From: an uncultured virus (IMG/VR IMGVR_UViG_3300027828_000003)
Lineage: Duplodnaviria > Heunggongvirae > Uroviricota > Caudoviricetes
Direction: 5' to 3' (one strand)
Virus record (IMG/VR): IMGVR_UViG_3300027828_000003
DNA: 64,000 nucleotides
Under the pieces are notes generated by a model. That model did no database searches. It was not told the DNA's origin and was given only the letters and a program-made list of their open reading frames with translations. A program made the translations under genes and the position numbers. This document shows positions 1 to 8,625 of the stretch, piece after piece. The number at the start of each line of letters is the position of its first letter. The first letter of the stretch is position 1.

Positions 1-1368
1 GTCCGTGACCTAGCAAATGAAACCGAAAACGTCGCTCCGTGGTTCCGCGACTTCATGAACGACCCGATGGGAACCATGGGAATAGAAACAAGCCAAATGC
101 CGTCAGGCTCATTGCTTGGATCGTCAAGTGATACGAGATCCTTGCAGAAGGACGTGGAGGGAGTTCTTGATCGCATTCGGGCGAAGATCGCCGAAAACAG
201 AGCGGAGGCCGAGGCTGCAGCCGCGACTGCTTCCGCCGGCATTCCTCAGTCTGGAACAGGATCGCCAGCCGACACTCGCATCGACGAACTGAGCCGGGAG
301 CGCGACGAACTGAACCGGTTGGTAGCAGCCCGGAAGATCAGCCAGCAGGCCTATGAAGCGGAAAAGCGCGCGATCGACGCTGAAAACGAGGCGCGCGACG
401 AAGGGATTCAAAGCTCATCCCTCGAATTCAAGCTCATCAACTGGCTGACGAAGGGCAACCTCGAACTCGAACAAACCATCCGCGACCTCGAGCAAGCGGA
501 GAAGGACCACAAGCAGGCCGTCGAAGATATCAACAGCACGATGGCCTCGTTGTTCCCGACCTATGACAATCTGAAGATCGAAGCGGACGAGTGGCGCCGG
601 CAAGCGCTTGAGAACCTGGACGAGACCGCGGCCGGATATGCTGATTTCGCGGCGGACGTCGAGACGATATATGCCGAAATGCTCCGCAAGGCCCGTGACG
701 AGGATCTGGACAACAGCAAGCGGTGGCAGGACGGCGTAACCCGGGCGCTGCGCGACTATGTCAACGATGCGACCGACGCCGCCACGCAATGGGAGAACGT
801 CACTACCAACGCATTGGGCGGCATGGAGGACGCTTTCGTCCAATGGCGCAAGACGGGCGAATTCAACGCCAAAGCCATGGTCGACTCCATTCTCGATGAT
901 CTCACGCGCCTGTCTTTCAGGAAATTCATCACCGGCCCTCTTTTCGACGCGTTCGGCCTTCAGTTCCACACCGGTGGCATCATCGGATCAGGAGGATCGC
1001 CGCGCGGCATCCATCCCGGCGCATTTGCCGGCGCGCAACGGTACCACTCTGGCGGAATGGCCGGCCTCGGGCCGAATGAGGTGCCCATCATCGCGGAGCG
1101 CAATGAAGAGGTCTTGACCCGACAGGATCCACGTCACCGGTTCAACGGCGGGATGATGGGCGGCTACACCTTCGTCTTCCAGAACCAAATCACGATCCAG
1201 GGCGGCGCTGGCGGCGGTAAAGACGACGACCGGCAGGCAATAGCCGAAGAACTCGGCGCGCACCTCGAGAACGCGATGGACGCACGTATGGCCGAATGGA
1301 CCCGACGCCAGCTTCGGCCTGGCGGCATGCTGAACCCTCAAGGCAATCCTATGGCGGGGCACTACTGA
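1..1368 (+). CDS. Tail tape measure protein, C-terminal part (5' truncated by window)
   Basis: Frame open from position 1; helical Ala/Glu-rich; lambda-type C-terminus (WQDGVTRALRDY...FHTGG...NEVPIIAERNEEVL); lies upstream of M-L-K-I-J. Confidence 0.9.
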   Translation, partial: VRDLANETENVAPWFRDFMNDPMGTMGIETSQMPSGSLLGSSSDTRSLQKDVEGVLDRIRAKIAENRAEAEAAAATASAGIPQSGTGSPADTRIDELSRERDELNRLVAARKISQQAYEAEKRAIDAENEARDEGIQSSSLEFKLINWLTKGNLELEQTIRDLEQAEKDHKQAVEDINSTMASLFPTYDNLKIEADEWRRQALENLDETAAGYADFAADVETIYAEMLRKARDEDLDNSKRWQDGVTRALRDYVNDATDAATQWENVTTNALGGMEDAFVQWRKTGEFNAKAMVDSILDDLTRLSFRKFITGPLFDAFGLQFHTGGIIGSGGSPRGIHPGAFAGAQRYHSGGMAGLGPNEVPIIAERNEEVLTRQDPRHRFNGGMMGGYTFVFQNQITIQGGAGGGKDDDRQAIAEELGAHLENAMDARMAEWTRRQLRPGGMLNPQGNPMAGHY

Positions 1369-1369
1369 T

Positions 1370-1723
1370 ATGGTCGAGACCTTCACCCCTCCCCGCGCGC
1401 CGGATCAGTCGTCGTCGAAGGACACCATGTCCAAGACGCTCGAGGTAGAATTCGGCGACGGCTACAGCCAAGGCGCTCCGGACGGGCTGAACCCGGTTCG
1501 AGACAAGTGGAATCTGACGTGGTCGGTACTGACGGATAGCGAGGCCACAGCCATCGAAACCTTCTTCAAGGCCCGCGGTGGTCATGAACCGTTCCTTTGG
1601 ACTGCACCCGACAACAACACCGCTCAACAATGGAAGATTCCGCAAGGTCAATACACGAAGGTTGATACCGGCGGCGCGATGTACCGGATCACGGTAGTCT
1701 TCAAGGAGGACTTCTCGCTGTGA
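1370..1723 (+). CDS. Distal/minor tail protein (lambda gpM-like)
   Basis: FGDGYSQ..PDGLN motif, FFKARGGHEPFLWT; synteny. Confidence 0.9.
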   Translation: MVETFTPPRAPDQSSSKDTMSKTLEVEFGDGYSQGAPDGLNPVRDKWNLTWSVLTDSEATAIETFFKARGGHEPFLWTAPDNNTAQQWKIPQGQYTKVDTGGAMYRITVVFKEDFSL

Positions 1724-2436
1724 CCAACGCCAAGATCGCGGCAGAAAATCAGAAGCTATCCGGCGACACACAAATCCACCTTTACAAACTCGATGCCACG
1801 GCTATCGGCGGTGACGTCTACTGCTTCACGTCGGCAGCATATTCGGACAGCGCAATCGTGTTCGACGGACAGGCTTACACTCCGGTCGACATCAAGGTGG
1901 AGGGCTTTGAGTGGAACGGCCAAGGATCATTGCCTACGCCCCGAGTCCACCTCGAGAAAATCACGCTATCAATGCGCGCCATACTTCGGTCGACGAGCAA
2001 CCTACAAGGCGCGATTTTCACCAGAACACGCACCTATGCGAAGTTCCTTGATGACGGGTCCGATCCCGATCCGGACGCCATCCAATCATACGACGTCTAT
2101 ATCGTCGAACGTCTCATTGGAGCGTCGAAGCGTGAAGTGGAGCTCGAACTGGCGGCGAGCATCGACCAACAGGGTCGCCGCATCGGCAAACAGATGCTTC
2201 GTGACTACTGCCCGCTGATCTACCGGGTTTTCGACCCTGTCACGGAAACGTTCGACTACACCAAGGCCACCTGTCCCTACGACGGCAACGATTTCTTCAA
2301 GGCCGACGGAACCCAAACGGACAACCCGGCAGAAGACGTTCCTTCGAAGACCTTCAACAACTGCTGTCGGAAGCGTTTCGGCAGCGCTCCAAAGCCATTC
2401 GGCGGGTATCCCGGTTTGGCGAAAGTGAGAGCTTGA
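1720..2436 (+). CDS. Minor tail protein L (lambda gpL-like)
   Basis: RTRTYAKFLD, C-terminal Cys cluster and FGGYPG; synteny. Confidence 0.9.
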   Translation: MTNAKIAAENQKLSGDTQIHLYKLDATAIGGDVYCFTSAAYSDSAIVFDGQAYTPVDIKVEGFEWNGQGSLPTPRVHLEKITLSMRAILRSTSNLQGAIFTRTRTYAKFLDDGSDPDPDAIQSYDVYIVERLIGASKREVELELAASIDQQGRRIGKQMLRDYCPLIYRVFDPVTETFDYTKATCPYDGNDFFKADGTQTDNPAEDVPSKTFNNCCRKRFGSAPKPFGGYPGLAKVRA

Positions 2437-3323
2437 TGTTTCCAGAAGCGACAATCTCGGCCGCCGTGCAACATGCGGTCGAGGAATACCCGAACGAATC
2501 CTGCGGTTTCGTGATCGACGGGCAGTATCATCGTTTCGCAAACGTATCGAAAAAGCCGGAATCCGCCTTTGAGATCGACCCTGTCGATTGGGTGACTGCG
2601 GAACTGACCGGCACCATCGAGGCCGTGATCCACTCCCACCCCGACGGGCCGGCCTGCCCTACCGCAGCAGACATGAAGAGCCAGGTTTCGACGGGCGTCC
2701 CTTGGGGCATCATCGTCAGCAGCTCGGAAGGGGCGAAGGACGTCTTCTGGTTCGGTGATCAAGTACCGATCGACATGGGATCAACCGGTACGCCACCGCT
2801 TGTCGGTCGGGGATTCCGGCACGCCGTCACGGATTGTTACGACTGCATCCGCGACTGGTATCGCCTCAACACGTCGCTCGTTCTGCCAAATTTCGCGCGG
2901 GATTGGGAATGGTGGCTGCCGGCAGTAGAATATCAGGGCGAGATCATCGACCGCGTCGCCTACAACGAGACCATGAGATGGTCACATGACGGCCGGGAAT
3001 TCACCTATGAAGGCCGAGTAGACGAACCGGTCGAAGTCGGCAAGTTCACCCTGCTGCCGCCCCACAAGCTCTATGCCGAGAACTTCGAAGAACTGGGGTT
3101 CTATCGCATTTCCCAATCAGAGGTTCGTGAGGGCGATGCCTTTCTCGTCGCGATCGGCTCGAGGGGAAACCTGAACCATGGTGGCGTCTACGTAGGCAAC
3201 GGACTCGCTCTCCACCACCTGACATCCAGAAAGGCCGTGGATCCTACCCGGCTTTCAAAGCGCGATCCGGTCGCGCGTTGGCAACGCAAAATCGACATCT
3301 GGTTGAGGAACGACGATGCGTGA
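2436..3323 (+). CDS. Tail assembly protein K (JAB/MPN + NlpC/P60)
   Basis: YPNESCG, HSHPDG..P+.AD JAB motif; DCY and NHGGVYVG NlpC/P60 motifs. Confidence 0.9.
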   Translation: MFPEATISAAVQHAVEEYPNESCGFVIDGQYHRFANVSKKPESAFEIDPVDWVTAELTGTIEAVIHSHPDGPACPTAADMKSQVSTGVPWGIIVSSSEGAKDVFWFGDQVPIDMGSTGTPPLVGRGFRHAVTDCYDCIRDWYRLNTSLVLPNFARDWEWWLPAVEYQGEIIDRVAYNETMRWSHDGREFTYEGRVDEPVEVGKFTLLPPHKLYAENFEELGFYRISQSEVREGDAFLVAIGSRGNLNHGGVYVGNGLALHHLTSRKAVDPTRLSKRDPVARWQRKIDIWLRNDDA

Positions 3324-3984
3324 CATCTACCTTCATGGGAAGCTCGGTCAGGAGTTCGGCGAACACTATCGCTTGGACGTTCAAACACCGGCCCAAGCGC
3401 TGCGCCTCCTGAACGCCAATTTCCCTGGCTTTCAGCAATCCATTCGCCTCGGCACGTTCCGGATCGTTCGGGGCGACTTGGAAAACGGGTTCGATCACTC
3501 ACACGAAAACCTGAACATGCGGCTCGGTGCGAAAGACCTGCACATCGTCCCCGTCGCCGCGGGCGGTAAGGGCAAGGGCAAGGCGATCGCCGGCATTCTC
3601 ATCGTTGTCGCTGCTTTCGCCTTGGCGCCGGCGACCGGCGGCACGTCCTTCGGCACCCTGGCCAGCGCCGGTCTCAGTGGCGTTGCGCCCGCGGCTACTG
3701 GTCTCGGGGCCACGGCTTTCACGCTGTTCGGCACGTCAATCACCTACGGCAACATCGCGCTGTTCGGTCTGTCCATGGCTTTGACCGGCGTGTCGCAGAT
3801 GCTTTCCCCGCAACCGCAGGCTCCCGCGGCCGGATCGCTTGAACGGCCTGACGAACGGCCTTCGTTCGTCTTCACAAGACCGGTCAACACCGCGGAACAG
3901 GGAAACATCCTGCCCATCGTCGTCGGTAGGCATCTCACTGGCAGTGTCGTGATCTCTGGCGGTTTGGAGGTTGAGCAGATCTGA
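3316..3984 (+). CDS. Tail assembly protein I (lambda gpI-like)
   Basis: IYLHGKLGQEFG, IVPVAAGG, NTAEQGNILPIVVG. Confidence 0.9.
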   Translation: MRDIYLHGKLGQEFGEHYRLDVQTPAQALRLLNANFPGFQQSIRLGTFRIVRGDLENGFDHSHENLNMRLGAKDLHIVPVAAGGKGKGKAIAGILIVVAAFALAPATGGTSFGTLASAGLSGVAPAATGLGATAFTLFGTSITYGNIALFGLSMALTGVSQMLSPQPQAPAAGSLERPDERPSFVFTRPVNTAEQGNILPIVVGRHLTGSVVISGGLEVEQI

Positions 3985-6900
3985 TGAACGCGATTTCCGG
4001 ACGAAAAGCACCCTATCAGGTCAGAGGACGGAAAGGCTGCTTTGCGGCCGGTACATTCCTTCAGACCAAAGATGGTCGACAAGTACCCATCGAGGACATC
4101 ACCATTGGCACGGAGGTCTTGTGCTTCGACGACACGGGCGGCCTGGATTGGGGATCCGTCACCGACGTCCAGAAACATGAAGACGAAGACATCTACCGCT
4201 ATCGCTTTTGGGGTGGGAAGCATCTGGACGCCACGCCGAACCACTGGGTTCTAAATCAGTTCCAGACATTCTCGGCGATTGCCACCCTCACCTTCGAAGA
4301 CGGCATTGTCGACGAGAACGGACATATCAGGCCGTTCATCAATTCGGAACCCGTCGGCGCCGGCGATGTCTTCACCGTTATCGTCGATCCTCATCACACG
4401 TTCGTCGCGAATGGCCTTCGCGTCCACAACGGTGGTCTGGGGGTCGGGGTACGCGACAAGTTCGTTGCGGGTCGCAAGGGCGGCGGCAAAGGTGACGGTG
4501 GCAGCACCAGAACCGCCCAAGAGGCGCCCAACACGCTGCGGTCTAGGTCTACGGCTCGCCTCGTCGATGCCGTCGCGCAGGGCCCTATCAAAGGACTGGT
4601 CGGGGACGCCAAGGGCATCTTTCTGAACGAGACCGCTGTCGAGGCTGACGACGGCACCGCCAACTTCGATGGGGTAGAATGGGATTTCCGGGCTGGGACG
4701 CCTGACCAGGATCACCTGCCGGGATTTCCGAGCATCCAATCGGAAACCGTCGTCGGCGTCGAAGTCACGAATGCAACTCCCGTTATCCGAACCCTGCCAT
4801 CCACGGATATTGACGCCGTCCGGATCACCCTTCAATTCCGCGCCTTGACGTACCAGAACCCAACCAATGGTGACTTGCTGGGAACGTCCGTCAAAATCGC
4901 CATCGACGTCAGAGAAAACGGTGGTTCCTTCCAGGAGGTGATCGCCGATACGATCGAAGGGAAGACAACGTCCCTCTACGAGTATTCGAAACGCATCAAT
5001 CTCGAGCCAGGGACCGGTCCTTGGGATGTTCGAGTCCGTCGTGTCACCGAGGACTACGACAAAGCGATCTACCAAACCGACTTCACTTGGGCCAGGTTCA
5101 CCGAGATTGTCGACGAAAAGCTGATCTATCCGAACACAGCCTTGGTCGGATTGGCGGCGGACAGCGAGTTTTTCGGCGGCAGTCCGCCAGAACGAGCCTA
5201 CCTGCTCGATGGCCTCATTTGCCGCGTCCCTACCAATTACGACCCGGAGACGCGGGAATATACCGGCATTTGGGACGGCACATTCAAGATCGCATGGACA
5301 AACTGCCCGCCGTGGATCCTCCTGGAAATGATCACCAACACCGAATGGGGTGTTGGCGAATTCATCGATATCGACGCCGTCGACACCGCATCGCTCTATA
5401 CAATCGCCCAATATTGCGACGAATTGGTCGATGACGGCTATGGCGGCCAGGAACCGCGATTCACCTGCAACGGCGTGATCCGGACCCAAGAAGAGGTCTA
5501 CCGCCTGATCCAGACCATCACGAGCGTCTTCCGGGGCATGGGGTACTGGTCGAGCGGAGCCGTTTCTTTCAGCAACGACATGCCGAAAGACCCAAGCAAA
5601 CTCGTGACGGCCGCCAACGTGTTGGACGGCGAGTTCATCTACAGCGAGACAGGCCAAAAGGCCCGTCATTCCGTCGCTATCGTCTATTTCAACGATCCCG
5701 ACGACTTCTATCGACCGGCGCCGGAGGTTTACGAAGATACAGCGCTCATCAAGAAGATGGGATGGGTGCCCAAATCCACACAGGCGGCTTTCTGCACGTC
5801 GCGCGGTCAAGCGCACCGGATGGGCCGCTGGCTGATCGAATCCGAGAATTCCGAGAAGGAGACCGTCACCTACAAAGCCTCTATGGACCACGCCGACGTT
5901 GTTCCTGGCGAAATCATCTCCATCCTCGATCCTGATCGTGCTGCAGTTCGTTTCGGCGGACGGACGAAAAATGCCACCCTTTCCTCAGTGACGCTGGACG
6001 CAGAAGTCACCCTCGTCGCAGATGAAACCTATGTCTTGGCGGTAACATTGCCGGACGGCACCATTGAAGAGCGTCCTGTCACCAACACCGCCGGTGTCTA
6101 TTCGGTCCTCAACCTGGAAACGGATCTGTCGGCCGCGCCGGCCGCGAACGCTGTTTGGCTGCTTATCGGTTCTGATGTCGCGCCGACGAACTGGAAAGTC
6201 GTTGCGAACCGAGAGGAAAAAACAAACGTCTTCGAGATCACCGGCCTATATCACGACAAGACCAAATATGCTCGCGTCGAGCAGAACGTCATCCTGGACT
6301 CTGCCAATACGAGCACACTGCCGACTGGGCCGCTTGGCAAGCCGTCCGACATCGATCTGACGGAATACCTATACAAAGCTGGGCCAGCCACGAAAGCTGC
6401 GGTCACAGTGTCGTTCAAAGCGACTTCTGACGTGCGGGCGGTCTACTACGAGAAACAGGTCAAACGCCCGGGCGGAACATTCAAGACCATCGAGCTCAAC
6501 TCTGAACTTTCGTTCGATGTTTTGGATATTACGAAGGGCGAATACAGCTTCCGTATCCGGGCAGTGAACGCACTCGGCGCCCCGAGCGCATGGGAGACAG
6601 AGACCAAAATCCTGCTTGGTACCCAGAATCCCGCATCGGATGTCGAAGAGTTCAACATCAACGTCATTGACGACGAGGCGCATCTGAGTTGGAGACCTGT
6701 CACCGATCTGGATCTTGCCTACTATGTGCTGAAGTTTTCACCGAAAACCAGTGGCGCGATCTATTCGGAAGCGGTGATCCTGGTCGAGAAAATTGCACCG
6801 GATTCCACCACGATCACCGTTCCGGCCATGGTCGGCACTTACTTCATCAAGGCGGTCGATCAATCCGACCCACCTGTTGAATCGCTCAACGCCGCGTCCG

Positions 6901-7694
6901 TCATCAGCAATGTTGCGGGCCTGCGGAACATGAACAGCGTCGAAACCGTCACGGAATCACCAACCTTCGCCGGTGACAAAGAAAACTGCTACGTCGAGAA
7001 CGGTGCGCTGCGAACGATGTCTTCGGACACTATCGCCGATTGGACCAGTCTGGACTTGGTAAAATCCATTGCTGAAGGTCTCTCCGGCACCGCTGCCGTC
7101 GCCTACTATTATCTGGATCAGTATGTCGATCTACTGGCGGCGTACACTTGTCGAGTCTCTGCCTCTGTGAAGGCGTCCGGCGTCAGCTTGGATTACCCCA
7201 TATCGGCGTGGACAACCCTGGACGAGGTAGAGCGGATCGACGGCTTGAACCCTGAAGACTGGGACGTCGTCATTCAAATCCGCACGACCCCGGACGATCC
7301 CAACGACGGTGGCGCCGTCTGGACCAACTGGAAGACGTTCACGATCGGCGATTATCACGCCCGCGGCTTCGATTTTCGCGTGATCCTGACTTCGACGCGC
7401 GGAACCGTTCAGGTGGTGCTTGAAGAGCTTGTCTTCACGATCGACATGCCTGACCGGTTTTACCGGCTGAACGATCAAACCTGTCCGGCCGGCGGTCTCC
7501 ACGTCACTTTCGACCCTGCATTTGCAGTCGCCCCTACAATCGCCATCGATGCGCAGAACATGCAGTCCGGCGATTACTACACGAAGTCGAACATCACCGC
7601 GTCAGGCTTCGATCTTCGATTCTTCAACTCTTCTGATGCCGGGATCGAAAGAACCTTCGATCTGCTGGCTCAAGGCTACGGCTCCGCAACGTAA
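3984..7694 (+). CDS. Host-specificity/central tail tip protein J with N-terminal Hint domain
   Basis: EAPNTLRS, VPTNYDP..R.Y.G.WDGTFK.AWT, AQYCDELV.DG.GG.EPRFTCN gpJ motifs; Hint at aa 19-149. Confidence 0.92.
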   Translation: MNAISGRKAPYQVRGRKGCFAAGTFLQTKDGRQVPIEDITIGTEVLCFDDTGGLDWGSVTDVQKHEDEDIYRYRFWGGKHLDATPNHWVLNQFQTFSAIATLTFEDGIVDENGHIRPFINSEPVGAGDVFTVIVDPHHTFVANGLRVHNGGLGVGVRDKFVAGRKGGGKGDGGSTRTAQEAPNTLRSRSTARLVDAVAQGPIKGLVGDAKGIFLNETAVEADDGTANFDGVEWDFRAGTPDQDHLPGFPSIQSETVVGVEVTNATPVIRTLPSTDIDAVRITLQFRALTYQNPTNGDLLGTSVKIAIDVRENGGSFQEVIADTIEGKTTSLYEYSKRINLEPGTGPWDVRVRRVTEDYDKAIYQTDFTWARFTEIVDEKLIYPNTALVGLAADSEFFGGSPPERAYLLDGLICRVPTNYDPETREYTGIWDGTFKIAWTNCPPWILLEMITNTEWGVGEFIDIDAVDTASLYTIAQYCDELVDDGYGGQEPRFTCNGVIRTQEEVYRLIQTITSVFRGMGYWSSGAVSFSNDMPKDPSKLVTAANVLDGEFIYSETGQKARHSVAIVYFNDPDDFYRPAPEVYEDTALIKKMGWVPKSTQAAFCTSRGQAHRMGRWLIESENSEKETVTYKASMDHADVVPGEIISILDPDRAAVRFGGRTKNATLSSVTLDAEVTLVADETYVLAVTLPDGTIEERPVTNTAGVYSVLNLETDLSAAPAANAVWLLIGSDVAPTNWKVVANREEKTNVFEITGLYHDKTKYARVEQNVILDSANTSTLPTGPLGKPSDIDLTEYLYKAGPATKAAVTVSFKATSDVRAVYYEKQVKRPGGTFKTIELNSELSFDVLDITKGEYSFRIRAVNALGAPSAWETETKILLGTQNPASDVEEFNINVIDDEAHLSWRPVTDLDLAYYVLKFSPKTSGAIYSEAVILVEKIAPDSTTITVPAMVGTYFIKAVDQSDPPVESLNAASVISNVAGLRNMNSVETVTESPTFAGDKENCYVENGALRTMSSDTIADWTSLDLVKSIAEGLSGTAAVAYYYLDQYVDLLAAYTCRVSASVKASGVSLDYPISAWTTLDEVERIDGLNPEDWDVVIQIRTTPDDPNDGGAVWTNWKTFTIGDYHARGFDFRVILTSTRGTVQVVLEELVFTIDMPDRFYRLNDQTCPAGGLHVTFDPAFAVAPTIAIDAQNMQSGDYYTKSNITASGFDLRFFNSSDAGIERTFDLLAQGYGSAT
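4038..4430 (+). other. Hint (intein-like/BIL) domain inside gpJ
   Basis: Block A CFAAGT, block B ATPNH, terminal HTFVANGLRVHN; residue +1 is Gly. Confidence 0.85.
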
Positions 7695-7705
7695 AGGAAA
7701 AGGCG

Positions 7706-8623
7706 ATGACACAGTTCACCCTTGGGGAAATTCTCGGCAGCACTTCCGGGCCGGCGTTGGCCGATATGATTGAAGGCGTCTATGCCGCCTGCAAGACCAT
7801 GCATCGAGGCACCTCGCGGCCTGCCTATGCCGTTAAAGGCATGCTCTGGGCGGATGAGACGAACGACCCGATCATCGTCGTGAACTACTACGACGGGACG
7901 GATGATATACCCGTTTTCGAGGTAGATGAGACCAACAACAAAACGCGGCTCTACAACAACGGGACGGCCTTGCGGACGCTACTGGAAGCCACTTCGGCGA
8001 AATCCGGGGCCTATACGATCCAGACGACCGACCGCGGCAAAGTGATCATCGCTGACGCCAGTTCCGCCGGCTTCACAATCGGACTGCCGGCGGCCGCCAC
8101 AGCGAAGGACGGTTTCGCCGTGACCGTCGTAAAGATCGACTCCACATCAAACGCCGTCACGATCGACGGAAACTCGTCGGAAACACTCAACGGTGCCGCA
8201 ACACGCGATTTGGACGCCCAGTACCAGTCCGAAACCTACATTTGCAACGGCACCGCATGGTTCGTCGCAACTGCCTTTAATGCCAAGAACGTTCGGTCGG
8301 ACAAGACGGCAAACCTCACTGCCGGATATGGGCAGACATGGAAGGACGACGGGAACCAGGCGTCTGGCACCTACACGCCTGACATCACTCAGTCCAACAA
8401 ACACAAGGCTACCGTGACCGGGAACATCTCTATCGGTGCTTTGAGCCAGGATGGCGCCTGCCTCGTGAGGCTGGCAATGGACGGAACCGGTGGACACACG
8501 ATCACGACTACCGCCTTCAGCAAGGTTTATGGCGCGATCAACACGGACGCCAGCAAGGTCAACCTTCTCCTGCTTACAAAAGACGGTTCCACCCACGAAA
8601 TTTGGATCAATCCGGAGTCCTAA
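7706..8623 (+). CDS. Tail fibre-associated protein
   Basis: Thr/Ala-rich; TIGLPAAA..KIDSTSNAVTIDG..ETLNGA module typical of tail fibres; follows gpJ. Confidence 0.65.
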   Translation: MTQFTLGEILGSTSGPALADMIEGVYAACKTMHRGTSRPAYAVKGMLWADETNDPIIVVNYYDGTDDIPVFEVDETNNKTRLYNNGTALRTLLEATSAKSGAYTIQTTDRGKVIIADASSAGFTIGLPAAATAKDGFAVTVVKIDSTSNAVTIDGNSSETLNGAATRDLDAQYQSETYICNGTAWFVATAFNAKNVRSDKTANLTAGYGQTWKDDGNQASGTYTPDITQSNKHKATVTGNISIGALSQDGACLVRLAMDGTGGHTITTTAFSKVYGAINTDASKVNLLLLTKDGSTHEIWINPES

Positions 8624-8625
8624 CC

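Noticed and set aside
4038..4430. Canonical splicing intein with homing endonuclease
   Set aside because: No endonuclease domain, and the +1 residue is Gly; treated as a BIL-type Hint domain.
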